In this document: positions 1-13,500 of the stretch, one piece after another
Layout of the letters: each line of letters starts with the position of its first letter
How positions within the stretch are numbered: position 1 is the stretch's first letter
Origin: Camelus dromedarius
Lineage: Eukaryota
Direction: 5' to 3'
Length of the DNA: 64,000 nucleotides
Assembly: GCF_036321535.1 (NCBI RefSeq)
Contig: NC_087437.1
Span: 25,236,001 to 25,300,000, forward strand
Translations under genes and position numbers: made by a program
The notes under the pieces: model-generated
The model's database searches: none
Seen by the model: only the letters and a program-made list of their open reading frames with translations
Told to the model about the DNA's origin: nothing

Positions 1-620
1 CATAGAATTTATGGTTTAGGAGGGAGAAACTGGGGACAAATATAATTTAGATTATGTTAGCGAAGTAAAGTGCTACAAAGAGAAATAAATCAGGGAGTGT
101 GAGTGCGTTACACAGAAGTCACAGAAAGTTTTTCCTACAACACTTGGGAGAAACCTGAATGAAATGAAGGAGAGAATCACACAGAGAGCTCAGAAAAAGA
201 GCTTTCAAAATAAGAACATCCCTAAGGCAGGAGAGGTGCCTTCTAGAGAATGAGTCAGGAGGCTCTGGTAGAATGGAGGTGAGAAAACCAGGGAATTAGC
301 CAGAAAAAGGAGCATCATGTCTTGTAGACCAAGGGAAAGACTTTGAATTTTATTCTGAGTGAGATGGGAAATAATTGGTGTGTTTTCAACTGATCAGGAT
401 CACTCTGTATTTGACATGGAGAGAAAAAAATGTAAAATGGCAGGGGCAGAAGCAGAGAGACCAACTAGGGAGCAATTGCAAAAATCTAGGCAACAAGATG
501 ACGACGACCGGGACCAGGATGGTAGCTAAGAAAGTGGTAAGAAGTGTCTGAATCCTGAAAACATTTTTATGCTAGAACCAACAAATTTTATTGATGGAGT
601 ATATGTCAGGTATTAAGAAA
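1..620 (-). mobile_element. L2 LINE 3' fragment (degraded)
   Basis: Reverse-strand L2 motifs such as GGAAAGACTTTGAATTTTATTCTGAGTGAGATGGGAA and GAAGCAGAGAGACCAACTAGG; boundaries approximate. Confidence 0.75.
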
Positions 621-1039
621 AATTATGCAAAGCTTGGAAATAGGCAAAAAATGAGTGGTGAATGATTTCAGTGTCTTATGGAGGCAAGGGGCCACCTAAA
701 TGTTATCTAGATGTATGTGCTTTGTTTGGATTAAAGATCTCATCCTTAATGAAATTCCATGTTAACTCGTAGACTTCTGTCCTCTAATAGATGCAAATAA
801 TTCCTGTTTAGTAGGAAGGATAACCCCAAATATTTATAGTTTATTTTTCTGTGGGATATTAATCAGTTTGATATCTAACCCAGCAATCTTTTCCTAATAT
901 TTCTTAGTGTGCTTATATACATCTTACTGGTTTCTCCATTGATATGCCTTTGATATATGTTCATTTTACACTTGCATGAAAGCACCATGCTTTTTTACGT
1001 TGGAAAATTACACTGTAACATGAGTAAGAAAAAAAGTTG

Positions 1040-1625
1040 AGGGTGACACCATCAGGGATGTTGTCTAAGCATTTAAGAGAGTGTAGGTACCATTTCCTGG
1101 ATTGAGAAAGTATGGCAAGGGAGCAGGACTGAGGGGGGCAAGAGAACGCACAGTTTAATCTGAGGCGTTTACGTTTCTATAGTGGAGTCACTCCATAAGC
1201 AGAGTCAGACATCCAGATGAGAAGCCCAGGCTGGAGAAACAAATTTGGGAGAAATCATATAGATGATACTCAGAGCCATAGACTCTGCATGAGATTACCT
1301 AAGCAAGAGTGTATAAACAGAAGGGAAAGAAGTCCAAGGACTGATTCCTGGGGCACTCCAACACTTCAAGATTTAGAATATTCGGAGGAGCCAGCACAGG
1401 GCACTAAGAAGGAGCAGCAATAAGGGCAGGAGAAAATTTGAGAGTGATATCCCAAAAGCCAGGACAAGAAACTGTTCTAAGAAGGAGGTTGATAAATTGT
1501 GTCAAATGATGCTAGTAAAAGCCAGTAAAATAAGGATGAAAACTGACCACTGGTTTTTTGTATCCTGAAGACCTTTAACAGAGCAGTTTGGGGCCATAAT
1601 GAAGACCAAAGCCAGACGGATGCAG
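1040..1625 (-). mobile_element. L2 LINE fragment
   Basis: GGCTGGAGAAACAAATTTGGGAGAAATCA...AAGGACTGATTCCTGGGGCACTCCAACA...GTCAAATGATGCT resembles antisense L2; continues at about 2120-2675. Confidence 0.75.
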
Positions 1626-1639
1626 TGGCATAAAGAGAG

Positions 1640-2115
1640 ACAGTCAACCACAGTTACATACACAGTAGAATAAATAAACCTGAGAACAGTCATACAGGAA
1701 GATATCATCAGAAGTGCAAACGAACAAAGGTACAAACAGGAACTTAGATGGACCTGATAAACATAATATTGAGTAAAAAAAGCAAGACACAGGGTATGTA
1801 CCACATGATTTCATGTATTAAATGTTCAAAACCAAGTAGAACAAAGCAATACTATTTATGGATGCCTACACTGGTAGTCAAACGATAAAATTATAATCAA
1901 AAGCAAGAAAATGATGATCATAAAAGCCAAGTTAGTGGTTCCTTCTTGAGAGGAGGAAAAGAAATGTGACGTGTGGGTTACTGGGATGCTGACAATGTTC
2001 TATTTCTTAACTTAGGTGATGATTATAGGAATGGTTCTAAGTATTCATATTCATTATTCACCTCTATGATATTTTCTACATGTGTGCTTATTTCACAACA
2101 AAATAATTTTGAAAA
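1640..2115 (+). mobile_element. old L1 (L1ME-like) 3' end inserted in L2
   Basis: ATGGACCTGATAAACATAATATTGAGTAAAAAAAGCAAGACACAG...GGATGCTGACAATGTTCTATTTCTTAAC followed by an A-rich tail. Confidence 0.75.
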
Positions 2116-2688
2116 AAAATAGCAGATTTAGGACATAGGATTTAGATAATCTTTCCAAGAAGTGTTGCAGTGGAGAGGGGCAGAGAAACAGGGCAATGGC
2201 TGGGGAGAGATGAGAGTTCAAGGGGAGATAGTGCCACATGTTTGCCGGCTGAGGGAAATTATCCTGTAGTGAGGGAAACATGGATGACTAAGGAGAGAGG
2301 AGGAACAATGTGGAAGCGACATCGTTGAGTAGGTAAGAGGGAAACACAAGCAGGAGTTGGCTTCAGATAAAAGAACTAGTAGTTTAAACGTATAACAAGA
2401 GAGAAGGTGTTCATGGATAGAGATGCTGGACATTTAGCAAACAAAATGATGGCAGTGGATAGGTCTTCTTGAATGCCTCTATTTTCTCAGTCGAATAAGA
2501 AATAAGTCATTGTCTGGTATTGTAGAGAAGTAGGAAGTATTGAAGGTTTGAAGAGAAAGGAAAGGTGTGAAATCATTATCTAAGGGGCAATGGAAAATGA
2601 GCTGTCTAAGGAAACATCTAATAGGACTGTCTGTCAGGCAGCAAGCCCTCAGGTATCACTTGAGGTGAGCAGCCAAGAATTTAATGTA

Positions 2689-2906
2689 GGGGAGTTTGAG
2701 ATCTGCAAATGTTAGCCACTATATATAAAAACAGATAAAAATTTTATTCTGTATAGCACAAGGAACTATATTCAATATCTTATAATAGCCTTTAATGAAA
2801 AAGAGTATGAAAACGAATATATGTATATATATGTATGACTGGGACATTGTGCTGTACACCCGAAATTGACACATTGTTAACTGACTGTACTTCAATTAAA
2901 GAAAAA
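2689..2906 (+). mobile_element. young 5'-truncated L1 3'UTR (camelid-type) with 14-bp TSD
   Basis: GGGAGTTTGAGATCTGCAAATG...CTGTATAGCACAAGGAACTATATTCAATATC...GACTGTACTTCAATT plus A tail; identical AAGAATTTAATGTA at 2675-2688 and 2907-2920. Confidence 0.9.
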
Positions 2907-3367
2907 AAGAATTTAATGTAAGATGGTCAGTGATGTTATGTGTTTTCCTCTAGCGAAGTTCATGTCTGTAGATACAAGCACTAAGTAGTTTAATAATTGG
3001 ATATAACTAAAGTTGGGCAGATACTCCTTGAAAGATATTAGCAAGAGAGTCCAGGAAAAAAAATGTTCATAATCGTAGACTACAGAATTCAAGGTTCATA
3101 AAAGGGTGACAGTGAAAAGGTAGAGTCAGTGAATTAGGGGTACTGGTGGTGTTAAAGAATAAACCATATCAAGCAAAAAAGTATATATATAGCTACAATA
3201 TTGAGTTAATATTTGTGGCCAAATACTGATTTAGGAATGTAAAAATTAGAGTACAGTTTTGTGCACTTTCTCATGAGTTCCTCTATTCTTTTCAAATATC
3301 CTTTCTCTTTTCCCATACAAAACTTCCTCAAGTAGAATGAATTGAAAAGGAAAGAAAATGTATGTGG

Positions 3368-3795
3368 GTAGCTTATTTTATACATAATAGTTTGTACCTC
3401 TTAATCCCCTACCCCAGTATATTGCCCCTCCCCTCGTCCCTTTCCTTTTTGTTTCCTTTTTGTTATATACACTAGTTTGTTTTATTTTTTAGATTCCACA
3501 TGTAAGTGATGTCATACAGTACTTATCTGTCTCTGTCTGATTTATTTCACTTAGCATAATACCCTCCAAGTCTATCCATGTTGTTGCAAATGGCAAGATT
3601 TCATTCTTTGTTATGGCTAACAAGTATTCCATTATATATATATATAATATATATATCTTCTTTATCCATTCATCTTCTTTATCCATTCATCTGTTGTTGG
3701 ACACTTAGGTTGCTTCCATATCTTGGCAATTGTAAATAATGCTGCTGTGAACATTGGGGTGCATGTATCTTTTTGAATTTGTGTTTTTATTATTT
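3368..3795 (-). mobile_element. L1 3' fragment (ORF2 C-terminus/3'UTR)
   Basis: ORF 3489-3686(-) reads EILPFATTWIDLEGIMLSEINQTETDKYCM, matching the L1 ORF2 C-terminus. Confidence 0.9.
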
Positions 3796-4639
3796 CTACA
3801 CTAGTTGTTTTTCTTATTTCTACAGAGGAATACTGCCTAAATGGGAAGAGTATATCAACAGTAGAACCAAGAAGCTGGGACAGCTGGGACAGCGACCCCC
3901 TTCTTCCCCAAGTGGATCCACATCATTTGATATGATGTCACAAGGTGTGTTTAGGCCTGGATTTCCATACCCCTGAGTATTCTTTTTACACTGTTACATG
4001 GGATCCCATTTCTGGAGACTGTCTGGGACCAAATTTTGCCTCATAGCTGTGAGTGGGGCAAGCTGGACAGATTGCCCTTTTTCCCAGGGCTCTGTCTCTC
4101 ACACCACCTGGAAGATATGATCACCCACACTGCCAGAGGACATCTTAAGCAGAAGCTCTGATTGCTGAGAGCCAAGTCCCTGAAAAAGCAAAAAAGTTTA
4201 AAGTCCAGATGCTCAGGACCATGTCATGAGCCAAGATGCCTGACAGCAGACAAGCAAGCCAAGGTCCAAAACTGAGCTGCAACCAGCCAATATGTCAGTG
4301 GAGCTTAGAGCTCACCAAAGGATCCTGTTAGAACTTATGTTAGTCATAGTCAGCAAATGGGAAGAGAAACATGTTATAAAATTAGGAAAATGAGAGTTTT
4401 CGTACAATAGCGTAATTCTAAAAATTCAGAGAACTGCATTTTATCCTTAGAAAAATACTACAGGTTTATTGAAGCAACATTAGAAAATAGCAAAAAGAAA
4501 AAGGAAAATTAACTTCATAACCTGCCACAAGGGATACATATACATTTTTTAACAAAATGGAGTTAATGGCAATATTTCATCTTATTTTTGTCACTTGGCA
4601 TACTTAGAATGGCATTTTAAGATATCATTCTTACACTTA

Positions 4640-5686
4640 CCTAGAAAGGCAACCCACAAAAAGGAAGAAAATGTTTGCAAACCACCTATCTGATAAGAAG
4701 TTAAACTCATACAAATCAATGATTAAAATATGATTAAAAGTGGGCAAAGACTTGAATAGACATTTTTCCAAGGAAGATATATAAATGGCCAACAGGTACA
4801 TGAAAAGATCCTCAAATCACTAATCATCAGGGAAATGTAAATGTAAATCAAAGTCACAATAAGATGCCACCTCACGGCTGTTAGAATGGCTTGTGCACTG
4901 TTGGTGGGAATGTAAATTTGCACAGCAACCATGGAAAACATCATGGAGGTTCCTCAAAAAAATTAAAAATAAAACTACCATATGCTCCAGCAGTCCCACT
5001 TCTGGGTAGGTGTCTGAAGGAACTGAAGTCACTCTCTTGGAGAAATGATTGCACCCCTATGTTCACTGCTGCATTACTCACGGTAGGTAAGACATGGAAA
5101 CAACCTAAGGCTCCATCAACAGATGAATGGATAAAGAAAATGTGGAATGTAAAAACACAAAAACATAATGGAATATTCCATAAAATTTCATACAAACAAT
5201 GGAATATTATTCAGCCATAAAAAGAAGAAAATCCTGTCTTTTGTGAAAACTTGGATGGAACTTGAAGGCATTGTGCTAAGTGAAATAGGTAAAACAGAGG
5301 AAGAAAAATACTGTATGATATCACTTATATGCGGAATATTAAAAAAAAGTAAAATCATAGTTGCAAGGGGGTGGGGTAAGGAAATGGGGGGATGCTGGTC
5401 AAAAGAGACAAACTTCCAACTATAAGATGAATAAGTTCTGGGGATCTAATGTACAGCATGGTGACTATAATTAACAATGTTGTATTATGTTTTTGAAAAT
5501 TATTGAGATGCTAAATCATAAAATTCATTACCTCAAAAAACAAATCATAATTATGGGAAGGATGGAGATGTTACAACCTCATTGTGGTAACCATTTTACA
5601 ATATATGTGTGCATGAAATCATCATGTTGTAAACCTTAAACTTACATATGTTCTGTCAATATTATTTTAATAAAGCTGGAAAAGAA
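4640..5686 (+). mobile_element. L1 (L1MA-like) 3' portion with internal deletions
   Basis: Translations CTPMFTAALLTVGKTWKQPKAPSTDEWIKKMW and TWMELEGIVLSEI match L1 ORF2; ends AATAAAGCTGGAAAAG. Confidence 0.9.
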
Positions 5687-5759
5687 AGCACCATACTATT
5701 ATGGATCATCTTAATGCTCAATGAATTAAGGTATTCCATCCATTTCATTAACACCCCAC

Positions 5760-6501
5760 TGTTAGGTATTCCATGGTTTCCTTGTTGCTGTAGACATCTG
5801 TGATGCCTTCTGTCACAGTCTGAGTTAGGCCAGACTTCACAAGAGAAAAGCATAACCCTCCACAATAATGCCTTCACTTCAGAAATCAGCCACAAGTTCA
5901 GGGTTCTCTACACCACCCCAGCCACCCCACTTCTCATCAGTTAGCCACAAATTTGGGAATTCCCACTAGCGGCTCAGGTTCTGTAATTTCCTAGAATGAT
6001 TTACAGAACTCAATACAGAGCTACACTTATTCCAGTTTTATTACAGCAAAAGAATACAAATCAGAACCAGCCAAAGGGAAAGATGCATAAGGACAAGTTT
6101 GGGAAGGTTCCAAACAAGACGCTTCCATCATCCTCAGGGATCCATCACCAGTGTGTGACAGCAAAGCGTACTGCTGACCAGGGAAGTTCACCTGAGTTTT
6201 ACTGGGATTTCATTACATGCGCCTGATTGCTTGAATGATTAGTCATGGAGTTAAACTCCATCTCCAGCCATCCTCCTAGCCCAGGAGGTCAGGCTCATGT
6301 CACAAGGCTTGATGTCCTAGACCTACAGTAATGTGGTTGATCCTTCTGACATGGCCAAGCCATCCTGAGTCATCTCAGCAGCATAAACCACTTAGGGTCC
6401 CACCATGAATAACATACATTCCTATCACTTGGGAAATTCCAAGCACTTAGAGTTAACTTCCAGGAACCAGGGACAACTGCCAAATTCTTTATTACACTGC
6501 A
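5760..6501 (-). mobile_element. MER21-family LTR
   Basis: CTAGAATGATTTACAGAACTCA, AATACAAATCAGAACCAGCCAAAGGGAAGATGCATAAGG and GGAAATTCCAAG...CCAGGAACCAGGGACAA match MER21. Confidence 0.8.
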
Positions 6502-6559
6502 CCTGAAGTAGAAACTTAGGTTTACCATATTTCTTCATTCATATTTTATTATCCCAGCC

Positions 6560-9000
6560 GATGCCTTGCAAAACCCCTATTTTAAAATATTTATTTAGTT
6601 TTATTTTATACCAAATTCTATTTCCATCGCCCCTTTCCCATTGCACCCACTCTAATGTGTTTGTTCTAAATACTAAGATACATCTTCATCCTTATAAAAC
6701 ATATAGTAATTAATATACATAAATGGCATAGTGTTAGAGAGTCTACTCTTGAACTTTACTCAACATTATTGTTAAACAGCTATGTGTATGGCTGTCTGTG
6801 TATCTAGTTAATGACTTCTAAGTATTGTGTAATCTATAAGATTCACCCATCTCTACTTATCAATTCCTGGAGTCATAGATATTCTAGGTTGACTCTAATT
6901 CCCTTTTTCCACAAACAATGCTTCATGTCCCTTTAGGGATTTACACAAGAGAATCTCTGGAGTATTCACAAATGAATGGGAGTGTAGATTAAAGACTGTT
7001 ACAACGCCACTAAATCTAACCAGATTGTTCTCCACAACAGCTGAGCCAGTGGTGTAGGGAATGCCACCTATCTGGGTATTTCACAACATAATTGATAATC
7101 CTTAATGTTTTCCAGTTTCTAAGCTTTACAATTTGAGAGGTGCAAAGTGGTATTTTATCCTTATTGTAATTTGCATGCTTTGATTGTTGATGAATGGAAA
7201 CATCTCTTATTCTTGTTAGCCATTTAGTTTCCTCTATTTGTGAGTTGACAGTTCATATCTTTTGTCCATTTCTGGACTGAGTTTACTGCCTTCTTGATTT
7301 GCAGACAATTCTTCATATAGTTTATGTATTTACCTCTTGTTGTTCTTAGACAATACCTTTTCCCTATCTACAATCATCTGTTACTTTTGTTTAAGGGGTC
7401 TTTCATTGAAATATCCTTTTAATTTGATATACTTAAATCAACTATTTTTTTCTATGTATTGTGAGGCTCAAGATGATGGGAGATTTAACTTCTAACAATC
7501 TTTAGCTTCATTATACACAAATTGTAATATAGTAACATGATGAATAACATGCCCAGAGCCCCATGGTGGTCCCAAGGCTAGCCACAAAAGGTCAAAGTGG
7601 GAGATGGCCAACATCCTGGGAATCCCAGCCCCTTCCTCAGGCTAGCTAGACTGGTCCTTCCACTCATTAGCATATGAAGCCACCAAGCTCATAAAGACTG
7701 GCCTCACAGCTGCCTCTCCCTCTCTCTCCCTGTTCAGAGATGGCCCATCTTCTGTCTAAGGAATGTGTACCTACTTTTAATCTGAGCACCCAACCCCCAC
7801 ACCTCGTGACATTTCTCCTGCCTTTCAATGTATCTCTCTGAATAAATCTACCTTCACTCAACTGTGGCTCGCTCTTGAATTCCTTCCTGCACGAAGCCAA
7901 GGACCCACACTTGGTGGTGCATGTCCCAGGGGCTCAACCAAAGCCTGGGACACAGCCCTTCTCATGCCCCACATCTGTTTTCCTGCATTAGTATGATTCA
8001 TATTTTTGCAGTCTTCTATAAACAATCGTTCCTCACTTCAAAGCTGCTAGGATATTTGCCTACATTTTCTTCTATTAATTTTATAATTTTCTTCTTTCCC
8101 ATTTAGGTCTTCAATCCATGTGGAGTACACTTTTATATATGATGTAAGAAAGGGATTCAAACTTTCCATCCCATATAGTGTACCAGTTTTTCCAATAACT
8201 TCTAAATAATTTGTTCTTTCCCTATTGGTTTGTGTTGCCATCTTTACTTATCAATTCTTATATTTACAGGTCTATTTTTGAATCCTCTCTTCTCTTTCTT
8301 GGTCTATTTTGTCCAGTGTTATGCCTGTACTGCAACTGCAATATATCTTATTATCTGAGGGTGAGTCACAATATGTTTATATTTCTTCAAATCACTCTCC
8401 CACAGACATTTCACTCATCATTTTGCTGTTATAAATGGCATATCATTGTCCCCCATATTTTATAGCTAGTTATTATTATTGCCATAGAAAAAGGTTATTG
8501 ATTTTTGTTAGCTGATCTTGTATTCATCAAGCCTGTTCAATTTTCTCATTAGAACTAATAACTTGCCTGTTGATCTCTTGGGTTATCTACATAGCTGAAC
8601 ATATCACCAGCAAATAATGACAGTTTTATCTCTTCCCTTTCAATCTTATGCCTCTCATTTTTATTTACAATTTTATGTTACTGGAGTTGTTATAATAAAC
8701 ATCTTGAGAGCTAAATGCTTGAGCACAATCGTTTTTCCAATAGGATATATTCATAGAAGTGGATTTTCTGGGTCAAACAGAATTTTTTTTTTATTTTTAA
8801 GGCTTTTAATTATATTGTTATAATTTATATAATAAATTCACATCAAACATTATCTCATTAACAGTATAATAAAGTGATATTTTGGAATCCTCATCAATAT
8901 CTGGGACTATTTTTAATTTTTCTAATTTGAAACTATTAAAAGATATGTCATTTTAATTTGCTTTTTTATTATTAAAATGTTGAATTTTTTTTTCAAGTAT
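6560..9000 (-). mobile_element. old L1 (L1ME-like) fragments, interrupted by the LTR at 7460-7990
   Basis: T-rich antisense ORF2-like sequence (GGTATTTTATCCTTATTGTAATTTGCATG, TTTAGGTCTTCAATCCATGTGGAG, TATTGATTTTTGTTAGCTGATCTTGTATTC). Confidence 0.7.
7460..7990 (+). mobile_element. ERV1-class solo LTR, copy A
   Basis: TG...TA termini (CA in copy B); 4-bp TSD GTAT at 7456-7459 and 7991-7994; AATAAA at 7841; highly similar to the reverse complement of 19325-19949. Confidence 0.9.
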
Positions 9001-9149
9001 CAGGTATAGAATGAGTGTAATGAGGTAGTTAAGAAAATACATTTTCTTTCCATTGTCAAAATTTTATTGACATCGAATAAGACAGTTAACTTATTTGAAT
9101 GCTCCCTTGCTTAGATTCAATTTTCCATTCTCTAAATGCATAAAATATT

Positions 9150-10560
9150 CTTAATGCATATCTTCAATGTATTGAACGTTTGCTTTGTATAAGCCATATG
9201 ATGCTAGGTATAGTCAGGGATCAAACAGCTTAAAGTCATGATTTTTGTTCTAAAGAAGCTTCCATTCTAGTAAAAAAAAAAAAAAAGAGACAGACATGAC
9301 TGGCTCTAAGAGATGGTATAATAGAAAGTGATGTTTGTCATAGGAGTCTCATGAATAAATCGTATGGGATGTTACACAATTAAATGAGAGCATTTTAAAG
9401 GATTCAATAGGCCGTGGAGGACAGTGAAAATTTTTGAGTAGGAAAATGAAGAGATCCCAGTCACATTTAAGAGATCTTGATATTCTGGTGGTATCTGGGA
9501 TGGACTGGGGAAGGTCAAAAAAGTGGCCTATAAATCAGGTGGTTGACAATATATTTAGACCGGGTTAGGAGTAATGAGCAGCTTAACCAGGAAATTAATA
9601 ACAGGGACGAAAAGGAGAGAGACCAGAGATAGGTAACGCTGTCGGGATTTAGCTCTGGTTGGATTTAGGGGCCTAAATAATAGGGGATGCTTTCTAATTT
9701 TTTAGTTTCCGCTATTGGGAAGACAGACGAGCCGCTAATGCAAACAGGTTCAAAATTTAGAGGAAAACTTATCTGATCTGGGGAGCTGCAGAATTAATGT
9801 TTGATACGTAGCCAGAAACTGGAAGTGTGTGTGTGTGTGTGTCTGTCTGTCTGTCTGTCTGTCAGTGTGTCTGTCTGTCTAGTTCAGAATGGAACTAAAG
9901 ATATTGATTTAGGCATTATCTATGTAAAACTGAAAATGAAACTGCTTTGGCCAAACCTACCAGAGAAAGAGAGAGAGAGACATACAAATTTCAAGTACAG
10001 GATTGGTAGAGAATTCAGTAACAGAGAAGAGGACCCACCAGAGAGGCAGGAGAAGACTTCAGAGCTGTGGAGTCATGGAAGCTAAGGGAGGACAGAAGTA
10101 GGGTTTAATCAGAAGAGTCAAATGACACCATGGAGGGCGAGGACCAAGAACAGAGTTGGGTCTGGTGCTTCACAGGCATCAGTAACCTTCAGAGGAGCAA
10201 ATCCAGGGAGTGGCAGGTGTTCAAGCCAGAAGGAATTCATCAGCTACAAGAAAGAGTAAACAATGAAGGTCCAGCACTCTACCTAGAAGCATGGTGATGA
10301 AGACACAATGAGACATAAAACAGTACATTAAAAGGGTTATGGAAAAAGGTTTGTTAGGGAAAGGGAAACCTGACGTGTTTACAGGGAGGGTAAATGCAAC
10401 CTATGAAGAGGAAAAGGTTAAAGATACAAAAGAAAGAGCATAATTAAAGGAATAAAGCTTTTAAGGATGTAGGCAGTGTTGGAATAAAGATGCAAAGGAA
10501 GGATTAATTTCAAAGAGGAGGAAGGCCAAATTTTATTCAGACAGCAGAGAAATTTTTTAT
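9150..10560 (-). mobile_element. degraded L2 fragments
   Basis: TTGTTCTAAAGAAGCTTCCATTCTAG, GATATTGATTTAGGCATTATC and GAGTCATGGAAGCTAAGGGAGG are L2-like. Confidence 0.6.
9825..9879. repeat. compound microsatellite (GT)n/(CTGT)n
   Basis: Seen directly in the sequence. Confidence 0.9.
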
Positions 10561-13500
10561 AAGTAAGTCATTTTTCACAAATAGGGCTAATTCAGTATTT
10601 TCAACATGTGAAAAAGAGCAACTAAATTTGTAACCTGCAGCATTTGGGACTGAGTCCATCCTCCTCTCGGATATATTAGTACATAATCATTTTGAAAAGT
10701 ACCAATGGCAAAAGATGCCTTCCTCATGATAAAATGGTGATTTGCTTCATTAGAGCCATTTGCATTTACAATGTTTATTTGCTACATATTTGAGTCAGGG
10801 GATTGCTAGTGAGTAACTCAGGGTATCCTCTTCCACTGTCCCAGGGTATAAACCAAGTCCAAAAGGCTTTTTGGCAGGCCCTGAAAAAATACCTTGACCA
10901 GTGACGGATAGAGTCCTATGACTTCCTACATTGTAAATTGCCCCTGATTACAAAACTAGCCCCACATCCTGCTGTTCCCTGAGGCTCTTTCTTTTGTGGT
11001 AGGCCATCCATCCTTTGTTGTAACCTATAGTCCTGAAGGATCAATATTTGACCTCATACTCTGTATCAATTAATGATCTGCTCAGTTTTGACACCAAAGA
11101 TGGGAAAAGCCATATGACCACATGATGCTGTTTTTCTTTGATATTCACAAAATACACCACTTTGTAGAAGGTGAAGGGGATAGCTGGTCAACTATGTCAA
11201 CTCAATTAATCACTCTCATTCAGTGGAAGAGTTAGTCCATTTGCTAGTATGACTGAAAGAGAGGTGGGTGATGGCAAGTGGAACACTAACGAGGAGGGCA
11301 GAGTCCACTGTGGGGCCCCCTGGGGATTCAGGGCTAGCCAAAGAGACGATTCCTGCAGAGTGCCCAGGTCATGACAGAACCCAGTACATGCAAGAAAGGA
11401 CTAGCTGACTACCACAAAGAGAATGAAATCTCTGAGAATAAAACCTTCTCAGTAAACCCTTGCTTAGGAGCTTGTCATAAGGTTGGAGTCTATTGTCAGT
11501 CTTTGTAAAAGATGTGCTTTCCCCTACCTAAGTTGATAAACTCTAAGCTTAGGTATTTGGTTCGAAAATAAAATCAGGTAATAATTTATTAGGTCTGTGG
11601 TTTGTAAATTTAAAAGTATTCCATAATAGAAGAGGATAACCCCCTGCTACAGCTCTTTAAAATGTTATGAGATTTTGTGCTTTTCTTTAACTCAAGCTTT
11701 ACCTGCTCTCAGACATTTCATATTCACAAGATAAAGCGTCCTGTTTTTCAACCAGGTCCATCTGGAATAAGAGCAGATGGTACCATACCTTCACCTGCTT
11801 TTAAACTCTTGTTTGATTTGTAACGTGAAACTTGTCTTGGCCTTAAATGCTGCTACTTCTTATGGACTCCCTTCTGCTTCTTTATGTTTCTGTCTCTTAT
11901 TGACCCCGTACTGCACTATGAATACTCAAGCCTGTGACTCAATGACAAATTTGCAAAATGTAGAAGACGTAGAAATTTTGGAAAAATTATAACAAAATAT
12001 TACCAGAGTTATTCCTATATTGTGGGATAATTGGTTATTTTCTTCATTTTATAGTATCTCTATACACTTCGTTTTTTATACTTATTTAATACTCTCTGAA
12101 ATATTCACAAAATACTGCATTATTTTTGTAATAAGAAAAAATAATACTATTTACATTTTGACAAATGTGATCAACTTTAAACTGTACCTGAATCATTTAT
12201 TTTTTTCTTCATAATGCTATGAAAACAGTTTTGAATAAAGCTAGAATAAGTTGAAACTTTTAATTTCCACTCTTAAGATTCATAAAACACTTCCTTTTGT
12301 AATTAATTTAAATACATGTATGCGTTTGATTTTGCAAACAGTTACTTCTGCATTACCTACTTCTAAATAGAATTGGAGGTAAAGAAAACCCAATTTCATC
12401 AATTCTAGAGATTTAAGAAAAACAATTTTGCTTACCCAAACCAAACTGAATTCCAAACCATTCATTTCCACCCACGCTAATCTTTTAGCAACCCAATCAG
12501 TTAACCTTCTTTTGATTTTATTTTTCTGGAGTGGGAAGTATTGTGGTCAGCTTTCTGACTTTGTGGAAAAAAAAAAAAAAAAAGAGAGGCATTCAGCCAA
12601 AGCAACACAGCTCTCAGGCTAATTTAAACTACTGCTGTTTTTCTTACTGTAAAATTTAATTTTAAAAACACATTCAAATAATAATAAACACATTTTGTGA
12701 AGGATGGAGGATCCTGAGCTCTCTCCTTACCATTCCCAAATTCAATGTAACCATAATATCTAAGAACTAGAAGGTGCTAACTTAGAAAAATCCTTGCCTA
12801 GAAACATATCCCACTTCTTGCCAAGTCCACACAGTTGAGGTTATTTCTTGTTCGCATGCTAGTCAACTCTTCCTGGAGACCTGGCTTACAGGTTTTATTT
12901 CTTATATTGTATTTTAAGAGAAATGAGTACATCAATGTTACTGCACACTGAAAAGCAACCTAAGGGGAAACTGTCCTGAGAGGATGAATGTTCATTTCCA
13001 GGAAAGTATCTTTTAGGAAAAAGGATGGCTCCAAGGAGTCAAATTGGCAGTATTGGCAGAAAGAGAGTATATGATGATAAATCAATTCTATATTATCCCC
13101 TGGAAACCAGTGGCTCTGACCACCTCACCGACCACCTCGTAAAATTATTGTGAAGATTAAATGAGAATTTAGGTGAAAGCCTTTTGTAAACTCTAAAAGG
13201 CCATGCTAATATTATTGTTCTTGAATCACCTGCATCAGCGCAGTGTCTGCAGAGGTGTAAAAATAGACCAGTTGCCTGACAACCGGAGTTAAATGTTTTG
13301 TTAAGCTGAGTAAATTAGTCACTGTTAGAAACACACCGGTTTGTAAAGTTCTTCCATTATTTTAAAATTAGAATTCAAGCAGTGTGTCCCAAATGAGATG
13401 GGAGAGAGATATTCACCTGAATATTTTTTATCAGGAAGCTCTGAAGTGCAGAGGAAAACATCATGTGACAACGTCACTAATTTCTAGGACCTCCCATCTT

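Noticed and set aside
3826..3944. Possible exon (acceptor TTCTTATTTCTACAG, donor AAG|GTGTGT)
   Set aside because: The acceptor derives from the end of an antisense L1 with a small tandem duplication; weak donor; peptide not recognised
11756..11779. Possible 24-nt micro-exon (GPSGIRADG)
   Set aside because: The donor GTACCA is poor and no companion exons were found
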